Assembly (NCBI GenBank): GCA_043228905.1
Contig: JBHGNT010000020.1
Span: 124,001 to 188,000 of the forward strand
DNA length: 64,000 nt
Direction: 5' to 3'
Origin: Azolla caroliniana
Lineage: Eukaryota > Plantae > Polypodiophyta
Below the pieces are notes generated by a model. The model searched no databases. It saw only the letters and a list, made by a program, of their open reading frames with translations, and was not told the DNA's origin. Below, in pieces: positions 1 through 12,994 of this stretch; the first letter of the stretch is position 1, and every line of letters starts with the position of its first letter. A program made the position numbers and the translations under genes.

Positions 1-2250
1 ATAGATGTGTGTTCGACAGGCAGTTAAGAGGGCTTCCTTCTATACACCTCCAAGATCAAGGAGATTTGTGACTCCCTTGTCTCCGTCAACGTGAACGTCG
101 AGGAGGACGAAATGGTGCAGGTTTGCCTCGGAGGGTTGGTGTCGAAGTTCGGAGCATTCCGAATGGCGGTCTGCACGAGGGAGAATACGCCTTCATTTTT
201 CGAGCTACAATCGATGTTAGTCGTAGAAGAAAACCACTCGGGTGCATCAACGAGTACGCACACCAACAAGAAGATGTTGTACACAGAGGCGGATCGGCCC
301 CATGGTCGTGGTGGACGAGGCGGGTCGGCGCACAATGGAGGCGACCGACAGGAGTAGAACTCGAGCCATAATCGAAATGCCGACATTAGTTCTGGACCCT
401 CCACGAGTAGGGGGAGTGAAGGCGGCGTCGAAGGTCGGCAAGGAAAGGTCGCGATGTACTGTTGGTATTGTGTAGAAGGGCCACACAAAGAGCGAGTGCT
501 GGAAAAAGCGAGCCGATTCGAACAAAGCCGGATTGAGCCGAGGAGACGCAGATAGGCGTCAAAGATCGCACTACGCCGAAGGCTCAGGGCGAGCCGAAAC
601 GGGCCCAGCCTTCGTAATGAAGCACAACGCCAACTCGATGGCGGCGAGCACCTCAAGGTCGAACGAGGCGTGGTATGTGGATTCGGGTGCATCGAACCAC
701 ATGACGAATCACAAGGAGTGGTTCTCAACTCTGGAGAAGACGAAGCAATCGGGGGTCGTCGAAACTGGCGATGACACCCCTCACCCCATCGAACATATTA
801 GAGATGTCCATTTGAGCCATGTCGATTAGAGAGGAATAATGAGAAATGTCTCGCATGTGCCAACAATCACCAAGAACTTTGTGTTGGTTGGACAAATTGT
901 CAACCAGAGCATGCAAGTTCGATTTACTCACCACGGGTGTTTCATAGAGGATGAAGGTAAGATCATCGCGCAAGGGCACCAAGACGAGAGGATGTTTATC
1001 CTCGAAATGAATGACGTATGCACCACTATGCTTGTGAAAGGTCAAAAGGACGTGTCGGACATCGACCTATGGCACAAGCTGTTCGGCCATGTCAACTTCC
1101 CCCGGCTTCGGAAGATGCAGACAAAGAACATCATTTTCGGCTTACCGAAAGGGCCAAGTCTACGAAGCCTACCAATTAGGGAAGCATCACCGATTTCCGT
1201 TCCCAAATGAGAGAAATCGGAGCCAAAACAGACTCGATTTAATCTATTCGGATGTATGGGGACCAACACAGAACGTGAGCATCGGTGGGAGCCGTTACTT
1301 TGTAACCTTCATCGATGACTTCACTCGGCATAGCTAGGCATGTCTGATCAAGAATAAAAGCGAAGTCTTCTCTTGCTTTCAAAGGTGAAGAGCCTTGCCA
1401 AACGGGAGACCGGTCCAAAGATCAAGTGCCCAAGGTCTGTTGGCGGAAAAGAGTACTTTTCCGACCAGTTCTCTAGCTATTTGCAGAAGGAGGGAATTTG
1501 ACGCGAATTCTCTTGCAGATACACACCGGAGCTGAACGGTGTGGCCAAGCGAAAGAATCTGACGATCGAGGAAGCGGCAAGGGCAATGCTCGAGGAGAAG
1601 CATATGCCGAAATTCTATTAGGCCGAAGCCGTTAGGACGGCAATATACCTGCAAAATCGGACTTCTGCAAATGGAGGAGTGTCTCCACACGAGCTGTACA
1701 TTGGGAAGAAGCCGAATTTGGCACACTTGAGGGTATTTGGTAGCATTGCATATGTGCATGTGCCAAAGGAAAAGCAGAGGAAGTCAGACGCGAAAGCCGA
1801 TAAGTGTATCTTGATCGGCTACTCGGATGAGCAGAAGGGTTGTAAGTGTTATAACCGTCGAACAAAAGATGTCCAAGTAAGCCAAGATATTGTTTTCGAC
1901 GAGTCGGTTTCGTGGTACTTGCCTTCACCTCCAATCCCCATCCACTCCATTCCGCATTCTGAGGAAGAGGCCAGTGAGGCCGAATTGCCCCTGGATGAGG
2001 AGGCAATCAGAGCTCTGGGGGAGAGCCCGATTTCGGCTAAGAGGACTGAATTGAAAGGACTAGTCAAATGAAGAGTCGGCGAGTAGTGGAGAGTTGGTCG
2101 TGCAGTCCCCGCGCCAGAAACCAAGCAGACGGTTTACGCACAAGGAGAAGGGGAAGGGAAGATGCCGAAATACGACAGTGAGGCCGATGCATAAGATCGA
2201 AGCAAATTCGATATGGCCAGGAGCAAAGAGGGATCTCCAAAAAATAGGTC
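1..2250 (+). mobile_element. Degenerate Ty1/copia internal fragment (gag end, protease, GAG-pre-integrase, integrase, SH3-like); runs off window start, truncated on the right
   Basis: ORF pieces WYVDSGASNHMT (protease, 533-829), LWHKLFGHVN (839-1210), YSDVWGP..YFVTFIDDFTR (integrase, 1089-1337), LRVFGSIAYVHVPKEK..KCILIGYS (1679-2071); many stops and frameshifts. Confidence 0.93.
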
Positions 2251-2255
2251 AAGTT

Positions 2256-3038
2256 TGTGCGGAAATAGTGCACAGCCACAACAGAGTCTTAAACTCACAA
2301 TGGAAGAAAACAAAGAATAGGAATAAGACGATTAGTGCACTTACACAGAATGAGACGACATCAGATGTTTACATGGAAAACCCTAATCGGGAAAAACCAC
2401 GGGATCCCATAGACTCCAACTATCTCTATGAGAAGAGGATACAATCTGAGACACACACTCTCTCTAATGCTCCCTCTTATCAAAATGTAACTAATTTGAA
2501 GACATGCAAAGTATGCAATGAAGACATGGTAGAGGATGAATGTCACTTGCTCTTCACATGCTTGACATATTGTGCAATTTGTTCAAGATATGTTGACATA
2601 CTAAGAGGGAGTGATAACTTAAGTGCCATACTTAAGACACCACCGAGAAGGTTGAGCTCATATGTGTATGCTTTATTCACACATAGAGACTTTGTGCTTC
2701 AATGTATGAATACCCCTTCTTAGGAAGGAGACATATATCAAGAACACATGTATACTTTGGTCCCATAGGTCAAAATTGGCCTCTTTATGAAAGATAAAAT
2801 TTTTAATTCTAATTCTAATTCTCTCTATGTCTATACAACAGTAATAATGACAACAACTCTACCAAAGTGATTGCCCTAAGTCATATTTATACTTATATGA
2901 ATTTAGGGCTATTTACAAATATGGCCATCACAAGCACACTAGAAACATATTTACAGATATGTCTCTGGATCCGGTTCACACCGGATCCGTCTGATACGTC
3001 TCATTCGGATCCCGTCCAGAGGGGCTGAATTCCCAACA
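2256..3038 (-). repeat. 3' LTR of Copia A (contains a LINE insertion)
   Basis: TG...CA ends; 2256-2460 matches 15484-15687; PPT at 3041-3050. Confidence 0.88.
2467..2820 (+). mobile_element. 5'-truncated non-LTR retrotransposon (LINE) 3' end inside the Copia A LTR
   Basis: C-terminal zinc knuckle typical of LINE ORF2 (CKVCNEDMVEDECHLLFTC), stop at 2723, short 3' UTR, (AATTCT)n tail, flanking duplication ctctcta. Confidence 0.75.
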
Positions 3039-5763
3039 AGCTCCCCCTTCACTCCGGCATGGGATATCTTGTCAATCCGGTCCGTCTCGTACACACGTCC
3101 AACTTGTCAGCTGACAGCACCTTGGTTAGCATGTCTGACCCGTTCTCCTCCGTGTGGATCTTTAGTAGCGTGAGGTCTTGATCTTCTACTCTCTCTTGGA
3201 GCCAGTGGTATCTACACTGAATGTGCTTCGTCCTGGAGTGGTAGGTTGCGTTCTTCGCGAGGTGGATGACACTTTGACTATCGCAGTAGAGCCAGAATTC
3301 CTCTTGTCGGATGCCTTGCTCTCCAATGAAGTCCTTCATCTAGATTACCTCTTTGCTGGCTTCCACGGCTGCCATATACTCTGCTTCCATTGTCGACAAT
3401 GCAATGGACTGCCACGATACGACTCCCCCTGCATAAGTTACGTCCGGATGGTATCCGCATCAGCCGACATATCCGAATCCGTGAATCCTTCAAGTTGGGG
3501 TTTTTCTGAGCCGAATCAGAGGCACATACTCGAGGTGCCTTTCAAGTACCAGAGTATCCACTTGACTGTGGTCCAGTGTTCTCTTCCCGGATTGCTCATG
3601 AACCGGTTGACCACTCCGACAACATATCTGATATCCGGCCGGGTACATATCATTGTGTACATCAAGCTTCCGATGGTAGAAGCATATGTTATCTTCATCA
3701 TCTCTGACTTCTCCTTCTTGTTCTTCGGACTTTGCTTTTCGGACAACTTGTAGTTTGCCGAAAGTGTCGACCCGACCAGCTTAGCATTCGACATGTTGAA
3801 CCTTTGAAGCACCTTTGTCATGTACTTTTCACGTGACAGCCACAACTGCTTCTTTGATCGGTCCCGGATTACGTGCATCCTTAGAAACTGTCTCATTGGA
3901 CCCATATCTTTCATTGCGAATGACCAACTCAAAGCCTTCTTCAGCATTCCGATTTTGATACGGTCCCGGCCGACGATCAACATGTCGTCCACATATAGTA
4001 GTTGTATCAAGAAGTCTCCTCCATCGAACTTCTTCACAAATACGCAGTGGTCGGCCTATGTCTTGTGGTATCCTTAGTCGGTCATGAAGGAGTCGAACTT
4101 CCGATACCATTGTCGGGGATCTTGCTTCAGTCCGTATAAGCTCTTCTTCAACCGACATACCAGGTGCTCCTTCCCTTTCTTGATGAATCCTTCTGACTGT
4201 CGCATATAGATCTCTTCTTCGAGGTTGCCATGTAGGAACGTTGTCTTGATATCTAGTTGCTCTACCTCGAGGTCCATGCTTGCCATTATGGTCAACACAG
4301 TTCGAATGGATGTCATCTTTACTATCGGGGCAAAGATCTCATTGAAATCCACTCCTTTCTTCTACTGGAAGCCCTTCAACACAATGCAAGCTTTGTACCT
4401 TGGTGGATTTCTGGTGTCTCCCGGTTTCAGCTTGTACACCCACTTGTTCCAGAGTGCTCTCTTTCCTTTTTGTAGCTCCGTCAATTCATATGTGTGGTTT
4501 TCATGCAGTGAATCCATCTCATCCTACATGGCACTTAATCACTTGCGGCGGTGGGTGTCTTTCTTTGCTTCTTCAAAGCTTTCCGACTCCCCCTCGTCGG
4601 TCAACAGCACATGCTTTGCATCCGGAAATCTACGGGGGGGCCTTCTCTCTCTCAGAGGGTATCTTCTTCCTTCGTTCACATCCACTAGTTCCTCCGTTTG
4701 CTCTTCATCTGAATCCGATTCGGGGTCTTGTCTAGTCCCGATTGGTCTTCTTCTTCAGTCGGTTCGGTTTCTTGTCCAAATTCGACCGATTCTTCGAGTG
4801 TCATCCGGCTTCCGACCAGATGGGACCTTGTATCCTTCAACCAATCTCTATCGATTGGCCCGGAGTCCATCGTCTCCTTCTCCGACTCCCAATCGACAAT
4901 GTTCTTGTCTTCCATAAAGACTATGTCTCGACTCCGGAAGACCTTCTTGTCGACCAAGTCCCACACTCGATATCTGAACTCATCATCACCATATCCCAAG
5001 AATATGCATGGCTAGGACTTCGGATTCAACTTTGCTCTCTTGGCCTTTGCAACATGCACGTAGGTGAGACAACCAAACACCTTCAGATGCTAGTAAGACA
5101 CGTCTTTACCGGTCCATACTTTCTACGGTGAGTCTCCTTCCAAGGGTGCTGAGGGTGATCTATTTATCACATACGCCGCCGTCATCAACGCCTTAGCCCA
5201 AAACGTCTTGGGTAACTTGGAATGTGCCAGCATGCTCCAAACTCTCTCCATCACAGTCCAGTTCATCCTTTCGGCCAATCCGTTCAATTACGGCGTCTTC
5301 GGCACGGTGAATTTGAGCCGGATTCCCTTTGACCAGCAGTACTCCTCGAACTGCCCCTGGTATTCTCCTCTGTTTTCAGTTCGAACTGCTTTCATCTTCC
5401 GGCTGGTTTCCCTTTCCACCCTCGCATGGAATTCCTTGAATATAGACAACACCTGATCCTTCGTCTTCAACGGTGATAGCCAAAACTTCTGACTGTGATC
5501 GTCTATGAACGTAATGAAGTACTGCGAACCGGCATGTGACTTCGTGTCCACTTGGCATACATCGGTATGCAGAAGTTCCAGTGGGGCATTACGTCTCATC
5601 AGTGGTCTTGATTAGAAAGAGGTTCGGTTTTGCTTGCCGACCAAGCAGTCAGTGCACTTCTCAAGATGCATGTCTTTCAACTCCGGAATGAGGTTATCTT
5701 CAGCAAGTCTTCTCATCCCTTTCTAGCTCATGTGACACAACCTCTTATGCCACAACTCACCGG

Positions 5764-6862
5764 TGTCGTGAAGATCCATCACTACGCGCGGATCGTGAGG
5801 CGGAATCGCCGGGGTTCTGGACCGGAAGGATCGAAGTTGGCGCAAGCTTAGCGAGAAAGTATTTAGGATAGATTGAGAGAGAGAAAGAGATTAAGATTAA
5901 ACGCTTGATTTTAGATTTTAAGAAACAAGTTACACCATCAATTCGATAACGAATTCTCTTCTTCTTAATTTCATAACCAAAACAGCCTAACCCTTCTTCT
6001 TTTTCATCCCTTCTTTTATAGATGCTCTCATGCATATGATGCATGCGAGGGTACAAGAAATGCATAAAATGCATGTTTGCCATTTGGCGTTCATGCATTA
6101 CATGTGGTGTATGATAACCATGTCACTCATTTTAGCTCTCATGTATGAGAATTTACATGTAAAAGTACAATGATAGAAATTTAAATTCAATTAAATGTCA
6201 TGGCTTAGTGGTAAGCCAATTGACTCCTAACTTGGAGGTGCAAGGTTCGAATCCTTACTTGCACTCCTTGTATATGTATATATATATGTGTGTGTGTGTA
6301 TATATATATTTATATATTTATTTATCAAGTCGTCGGATGACGCCGGTTACTGGTGGCCGCCGCCTCGTCGGTGCGCCGCTGGTTACCGATACGCCGCCGG
6401 ATGTCGGTTCCGCCGGATCACGGGTTGCTGGTGTGCCACCGAATCACCAGCTCCATCACCGGTTCAGTTTTGGTTGGCCAAAAACCTTTACGAGTAGCTA
6501 GGCCACCTCCACTCTTAGTTCAAGTTACCTTGAACTCTCTATGCTCCACACATAGACACAAAGATAATAGCTTTTGTTCTACCTTATATATGATGAGAGC
6601 CGTATTTGTCATGCCTATGTGAGATATCTCACAGTTTTCTCTTTTCCTTTCACAAACTTTATTCCCTCATATCTTGACATTTATTTGTCCGTTTCTTGTG
6701 TAATAAAGTGCATTCGAAAGCTCTTGAAGACCTCCATCATTTTGTACTTAGATATTAAACTTATTTAAAATGTTATCTTCACTATTATTGTTTTATGTGA
6801 TTCATACTCGATTTTGTATGTTTTATGTGATTTTCACACTATTGCCGAAAATCTTCACGACA
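5764..6862 (-). repeat. Gypsy 3' LTR
   Basis: Direct repeat of 12995-14148 with scattered substitutions and indels. Confidence 0.95.
6201..6254 (+). promoter_or_regulatory. tRNA-like Pol III cassette (A box TGGCTTAGTGG, B box GGTTCGAATCC) in Gypsy LTR U3; second copy 13432-13485
   Basis: Consensus A and B boxes at tRNA spacing; D-, anticodon- and T-arm-like stems; followed by a (TA)/(TG) microsatellite. Confidence 0.75.
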
Positions 6863-6954
6863 TCTCCACCCCCACCAAACTGCACGTCCTCCGGTACGTG
6901 CCAAGAAGAGAGAAAGTGAGATTTCGGCTACGGTGATTAATCAGATTCCTCCAT

Positions 6955-7288
6955 GTCTTCATATATATCCGCCCTATTATGTTCATCGTCGAGGTGATTG
7001 AGGTCAGGATTCTCGTCTTGTCTTTTCTTGAAAATCTTTACTCTTTTTCCCGCAATGGGTACGACTGTCTTCATTTATATCCGCCCTATTATGTTCATCG
7101 TCGAGGTGATTGAGGTCAGGATTCTCGTCTTGTCTTTTCTTGAAAATCTTTACTCTTTTTCCCGCAATGGGTACGACTGTCTTCATTTATATCCGCCCTA
7201 TTATGTTCATCGTCGAGGTGATTGAGGTCAGGATTCTCATCTTGTCTTTTCTTGAAAATCTTTACTCTTTTTCCCGCAATGGGTACGG
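6955..7288. repeat. Three tandem copies of a 112-bp unit at the integrase C-terminus
   Basis: Identical ORF starts at 6998 and 7110 (period 112); unit gtcttcat...gggtacg. Confidence 0.9.
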
Positions 7289-8666
7289 CCAACCTTGATC
7301 CGTCTAGCTCCGCAAGGTGGTATGTGGCATTATCGTTGGCACTTGTCACCACATACGGCCCGAACCATCTTCTTGCGAACTTTCTTGTTGTACTGTGTTG
7401 ATTGTGAAGGTTGCTGTCGTAAACCAAAACCCAATCTCCTTCTTCAATCTTCTTGGGACGAAGTCGATGCATGTTGTCGAACTGAACTTTGTTCTTTACT
7501 CGGGCTGCCTCCATCATCTTTCGCGCTTTTTCTAGATCTTCAGGTCTTCTTTCAAGTTGCCTTATCCGCACCGCTAATAACTCTTCTCGGCTCATCTCAT
7601 TCTCCCACGGTATCGCTACCCATGAGGCGATCGTCCTTTCGATGGGCATTACTGGCTTTTGTCCATACATAAGCTCTGTCGGCATATACCCTGTCACCGA
7701 GTTGTGTGTCGTTTTGTCGGCCCACAAGGCATAGGGTAATAGTCGTGGCCAATTCCCGACTCGACCATTGCATGCCCGTACGATGGCTTTGACGATAGGT
7801 CCATGCCCTCGCTCGATCTTACCATTTGCTTCCGGATTGTAGGCGGTCGTGAGGGAGAGCTTCACGCCTAGTCGTTCGAAGAGCTCCGTCACTTCGTGCG
7901 CATCCAACTCCCCTCGGTCGGCCACTATCTTCCCCACACATCCGTATCGGCAAACAACCTCTTCAAGTAGAAATTTGCAAACGGCTGAAGTCGTCTTATT
8001 TGTCAAGGCTCGTCCTTCCACTTGATTTGTCAAGTCTTCCCTTGTCAGCGCTAAGTACTTCATTTGTGCCACTTCCATTGGCATTGAGACCAGATCCACC
8101 ATCCATTTGAAGTGTATGGTGAGTGGGTATGTCGATTGTAACTCATCGCGATGACGTATATTTGAATATATTTGGCAAGTTTCGCATGTGGACACGAAAT
8201 GGAGTACATCTTTGTACATGCTTGGCCACCAGTACTTCTCCTTCAACTTTTCGAACGTCGCCCATGTTCCTCTATGACCTGCCCAAGCACTCTCGTGGAA
8301 TTCGGTCATCAGCGTCTCTTGCTCTTCTTTCTTCACCACCACTCGACGTGGTATTCCTGTCCTTCTTTTTGGATGTCGCCAAAGGGATCCTCCCTTCAAG
8401 AAGTATCGATAAGCTTTCTTCCGGATTCGTAGGGCCTCCTCCTTTGTCAACGAAGCATCTGCCATCAATGTTCTTAGGAATCTACCAATCAGTAACCACT
8501 CTCCTTCGTACTCGTTCTCGTTGAAGGCATGGAGGGTTTGCGTGTCCTGGTCTTCTGCCGATAATCGAGCCGAGGGCGACATCTTCATCTTCCGAAACCA
8601 TGTCGCTTCCATTTTCAAATCTTGCCCTCGACAGCATGTCAGCCATGGCGTTCTTCTTCCCTGCAA
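7116..8666 (-). pseudogene. Gypsy integrase (HHCC, core, GPY/F)
   Basis: HESAWAGHRG..CETCQ, VADRG, TTAYNPEANGKIER, WFGPY. Confidence 0.9.
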
Positions 8667-10154
8667 TGTGACGGATCTCTGGGTTTAAAGACTTGATGTA
8701 GGCGATCCACCTTAGCATAGCAAGATCTGGGGTCGCACATCCCGAGACCATTCCAAGAATTGGGAGACAATCTGTCTCTATTATCACTTTCGACCCGATC
8801 AGGTAATCTTTGTCCGTCTTCACTGCCGACACAATACCCCAAAGTTCCCGCTTGACTTGGGCGTATTTTTGTTGCCGTTCGTTGAGAACCTTCGCTCCGA
8901 ACCGGATGGCATATCGCGCATTATCTTCTCCTTCTTGGTTGATGACCCACCCGATTCCAGTTGGGCTCGTATCTACAGTCACATAAATCGGCTTCCCTTC
9001 GGCATAGTCGGCCTTCCTCAGTGCCGGAGCTTCAAGAAGCAGTTTCTTCAATCTTCGCATCGCATTTGTGTGCTCGTCTCGCCATTCAAACTTCATTCTT
9101 TTCTTTAGTAGTCCATATAACGGTTCGGCGACATGAGCATAGTGCGGAATCCAGATATGATAAAATGCGCATGCTCCAAGGAACCTTATAACGTCCGTTT
9201 GATTTTCGCATTCTTCTTTCATGTCTTGGATCGCATTCACTTTGTATGGCGAAGGCTTCCGGCCGTATGCCCCACATAAGTGACCTACCACCATGCGGGC
9301 ATACGGCACATCCGATTCTCACCGAGTCTTCACCATCTGGCTCTTGCCAGGTACTCGTCATCCGGCGCTTGCCGGGTACACCACATCCGGTTCTCACCGG
9401 GTCTTCCGTAGCTGGGTACTCTACATCCGGTTTTGGCCTCGGCCGAGTTTCTCATCAACCATGTTCTTCTCACTTCCCATCCGGAGGGACCTGTTTCCTA
9501 ACACTTTCTACAACCTTCCTTATCTTTCGATTCATCTTTCTCCTCATCCGAACATCCTTTTATCGGAATATCATCCAAGAATGGCATCGTGATGTCCGGG
9601 ATGCAATCCTTCAAGACTTTATTCATGGCATTCACCATATGAGCCACCGAGTTCGTTGCGCCTTGGGGTAAGGTACACATCCGCACAAGCCCGATCGGAG
9701 TCCTCATGGTTGTAATGTCCCGACTGTCGATCGCCATTTGGAATTGGTCATATCCTGAGTAGAGATTGCCAATGGAGTAGATGGACCGGCCCGAAAACGC
9801 TTCGGCAAATTCGTCCACGCTCGGACCGATTCCGGCATTTCGAATTGTCACCTTGTTGACGGGTTGAAGATCTTGGATGAATCGCAATGATCCATTCTTC
9901 TTCGGCACCGTGTACCACCTATTGGAATAAGGAGCATTCGACGGTTCTAGAATTCCCATACTCACTTTCTCCTTTAAGAGCTCGATCAACTTCGGAAGGT
10001 GTGCTCTCGGAACCGGTATCGGTTTCAAATTCCAAGGCACATGAGGCACCGTGAAGATCACCATCGGCTCTATAACCTTTGGGTTGGCACATCCGATTTC
10101 TCGTGGGAAGAATACGAAAGCCTTCCCATGTCTCTCAAGCATATCGCGAAACAT
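8482..10154 (-). pseudogene. Gypsy reverse transcriptase and RNase H, disrupted by an LTR fragment
   Basis: LRFIQDLQPVN, LPQGATNS, PFLDD (9498-10154); VTVDTS, YAQVKREL, ETDC, NAMADMLSR (8482-9309). Confidence 0.9.
9309..9503 (-). mobile_element. Truncated Copia LTR fragment (same family as solo LTR 52493-53281) inside Gypsy RT
   Basis: Near-identical to the right end of the solo LTR, ending ...gacctgtttcctaaca; other end lost. Confidence 0.85.
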
Positions 10155-10735
10155 TCGCTCCTCTTCAGGGAGAAGGAAGTCCTCCTTTCCAACTCATAGC
10201 TTCCCCCTCGTCTCTTCGGTGAAGACATGACCTATCGTCTTCCGATCTCTTAAGCTTGGATCGTTAGCGACTTCCTTCATCTTTTGCCAGCTATCTTCCA
10301 GTAGCGAAACCGCAACTGGCTTGATCTTCTTATCCACCATTTTATATTTCGTGTTGATGTCAGCTTCCTTCACCGAGATGCCACGACGGTATTCATCGAT
10401 GATAGTGTACATGTTGACGGAGTTAACCGAAATCACGTATTGGTCATGAAGATAGCTCAAGTCCACGACGTCCTCGATTTCGCCGATGGTGTCGTTAAAT
10501 GAGGCTTCTTCCATAATATGAGTCACGAACTCTCCTTCTTCTATTATGTTTTCTTCTTTCAGCATCTTCTCGAATTCTTGTATCTGACGCTTGTCCTTCT
10601 TGTCGGGTAGTACTAGTTTACATGCGCCACTAGGTGTGACACATGTTGCTTCTCCTCGCAATCCACGCACTCTTCTTACTTGTGGGGTCTTGTGATTGCT
10701 CGGACTATTTGTGCCCCATGCTTCAATAGTCCGCT

Positions 10736-12973
10736 CTAAAAATCCGAGGATTCGCCTCCGAGACTATCTCGATTCCTTTCATGATTGGCTCGCACCGTTA
10801 GGAATTGGACCGCTCTTTCGTTGTCAAGACTCTTTATTCGTGCGAAGGCTGCTCCATTATCGAACACTTTGGTCTCCATCCGAGATGATGTGATATAAGG
10901 TTGTCCTAGGATGACAGGATGCGACGCCGATTCTTGTACAAAGAAGTGTTGATCCATCTCCACATCGCCGATCGTGACTTTGACATTGTGACAAGCTCCG
11001 TACAAGTCCTCCGTAGACTTTGTTGCCGCGCGAATCTTCCATCCGTGGTTTGTATTGATTGGCCATCTTCCTTTTTTGTAGAAGTCGGTTCACATGAGGT
11101 TGATCTCCGAGCCGTGGTCGATCAAAGCTACCACGGTCTCTTTCTTCTCCCTGATCTTCACCGGCGTCTTCGTTGTCGCTCGTACCCAATGAGGTCGAGT
11201 ATAGTGGTTGTCCATCATATCTTCATCGACTTCGTCTCTTGCCATCGTTATGGCATTCGTTTTTGCCTTTTGCGGCTTCTCTTCTTCCTTGTCTGATTGT
11301 TGTCTTTTTCTCTTTACAAGGTCCACGATCGTGTCATGGAACTCCTTCTTCGTATTCCCTCAAGGACAAAGTTACGTGGCTATCAATAACTCGTTCTTCG
11401 AGAATCTTCTTTAGGTCCATCGTCTGCTCTATGTCCGACCTTAGCTTATAGGTAGGCATAGTCCTTGTCCTCCGAGCAGGGTCTTTGACACCAACCTTCA
11501 CGGGCCGAACCGTTTCTTCAACTCGTATGCTTCGCTCCCCTTTTCGGCTTGATTCTCATTCCTCCGTTTGTGAAGGTCGACTCGTCTCCTCATCGTCCTT
11601 CTTTTTCGCGTTCCTTGTTTCATGTCTTTTTGATGGGCCTTGCTCTTCTATTCTTTTTCTCTTTTCTTTGACGAACACCTCGTGGTTGTCACTCATCACC
11701 TCCGCGAGTATGGTGTTGTCGTCCACCGGATCCGACCATCCGGTTATACTTTGTACACTTCGATTCGCAAGCTCTACTTCATTCGAAGTGACTTTTCCCT
11801 TCTTCTCATATTCGAGAACGGAAGTTCAAAACTTTGCTCCTGCTCTAGCAGCTTCAGTCTTGTCTTTCCTGACTCTTATTCCGGCCGACGCAGCATAGTG
11901 CATCACATCCACATGAGTCGCATCAACATCCTCCATAGCTTTCTTCATTCCCCCTCTTCCGAAATTCACCTGTAGGGGTCTTCTAGTCTCGCTCGAGCAG
12001 ATCATGTTGTCATCTATGTACACGATATTTTGTCGGATCGCCTCTCGAAGCCTCGCGCAATCCCTTCTCATGTGGTCCATGTTATTGCACCACACGCATC
12101 TAAAGGGCTCTTTTCCTTTGGGCCCCCGACGATTCATGTTGGCTAGCGTGACCTTCTTGAACTTCTTCGCCAGTTCTTCGATGACGTCATCACCAATCTT
12201 CTTTTCTTCCACGTCACTTTGTTTTGGTAGCTTAGCTACTTTCGGCGGTCTTGCTTTCTCCGTAACAGTCGATCCCGCCAAGTTGGTGTCATCAACCCAC
12301 TGACGACGTTGTCGAGCCTATTGCATGGTCGCTTTACTGCAACCCAGTCCGCCACAAGCCCGTTCGCTTGGGTATCATCTTCGAGAAGAGTCCCCAACTC
12401 CCGTCTATCCTTCATGTCCACGGCCTTTAGGAAGTACAAAGTCTTGTCCTCTTCAAGTAGCACTTGATCCGTGTTGGGGAGATGGCTAAACATCTGGTCG
12501 AATTCGTCGTACACCCTCGAGGCACTCATCTTCTTATTCTTCTTCTCTATCCACTTCATCAGGGCATGTCGAGTCATCCTTGTTGAGTCTTCACTCGCGA
12601 ACTCCGCTAATATTGTTTTCTCGAACTCGGACCATGTTGTCTTACCTTCTTGAAGTTCGATGATGCGTCTTTGAATGTTGTTGGCGACAACTCTCTTGAA
12701 GCTTGCGATTTGACGTGCTTCGGACACGTCCCTCTGATTCATTTCCCTTCTATATGCATCAAGGAACTTCGTAACGTTCCTTCCATCGAATTGGCCCTTG
12801 AGCTCTACGACACGTTCGACAACCTTCTCCACGCTCGCGTCGTTGTCTCGAGATCTCATCATTTGCTCGACGATTAGCATCATCCTTTCGAGTTCTCCCG
12901 CTTGATTCCTTGAGGACGCCATCTCCAAATATCGGTTGATCCTCGACTTGATCCTTCCTACCGCCTCTTTCAC
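10736..12973 (-). pseudogene. Gypsy gag and aspartic protease, frameshifted
   Basis: GQFDGRNVTKFL gag N-terminus (12236-12973), CVWCNNMDHMRRDC knuckle (11826-12281), VVALIDHGSEINL and ILGQPY protease motifs. Confidence 0.88.
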
Positions 12974-12994
12974 GTTGGGTTCACCACTTTATTA

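Noticed and set aside
24-728. Numerous antisense and alternate-frame ORFs over gag-pol regions (this one as an example)
   Set aside because: Shadow ORFs of retrotransposon coding sequence with no recognisable motifs
2094-2723. 209-aa ORF as a gene
   Set aside because: Chance fusion across a Copia fragment, an antisense LTR and a LINE tail
6195-6270. Functional tRNA gene
   Set aside because: A/B boxes and arm-like stems are present, but there is no convincing 7-bp acceptor stem or canonical anticodon arm, and it is part of an LTR
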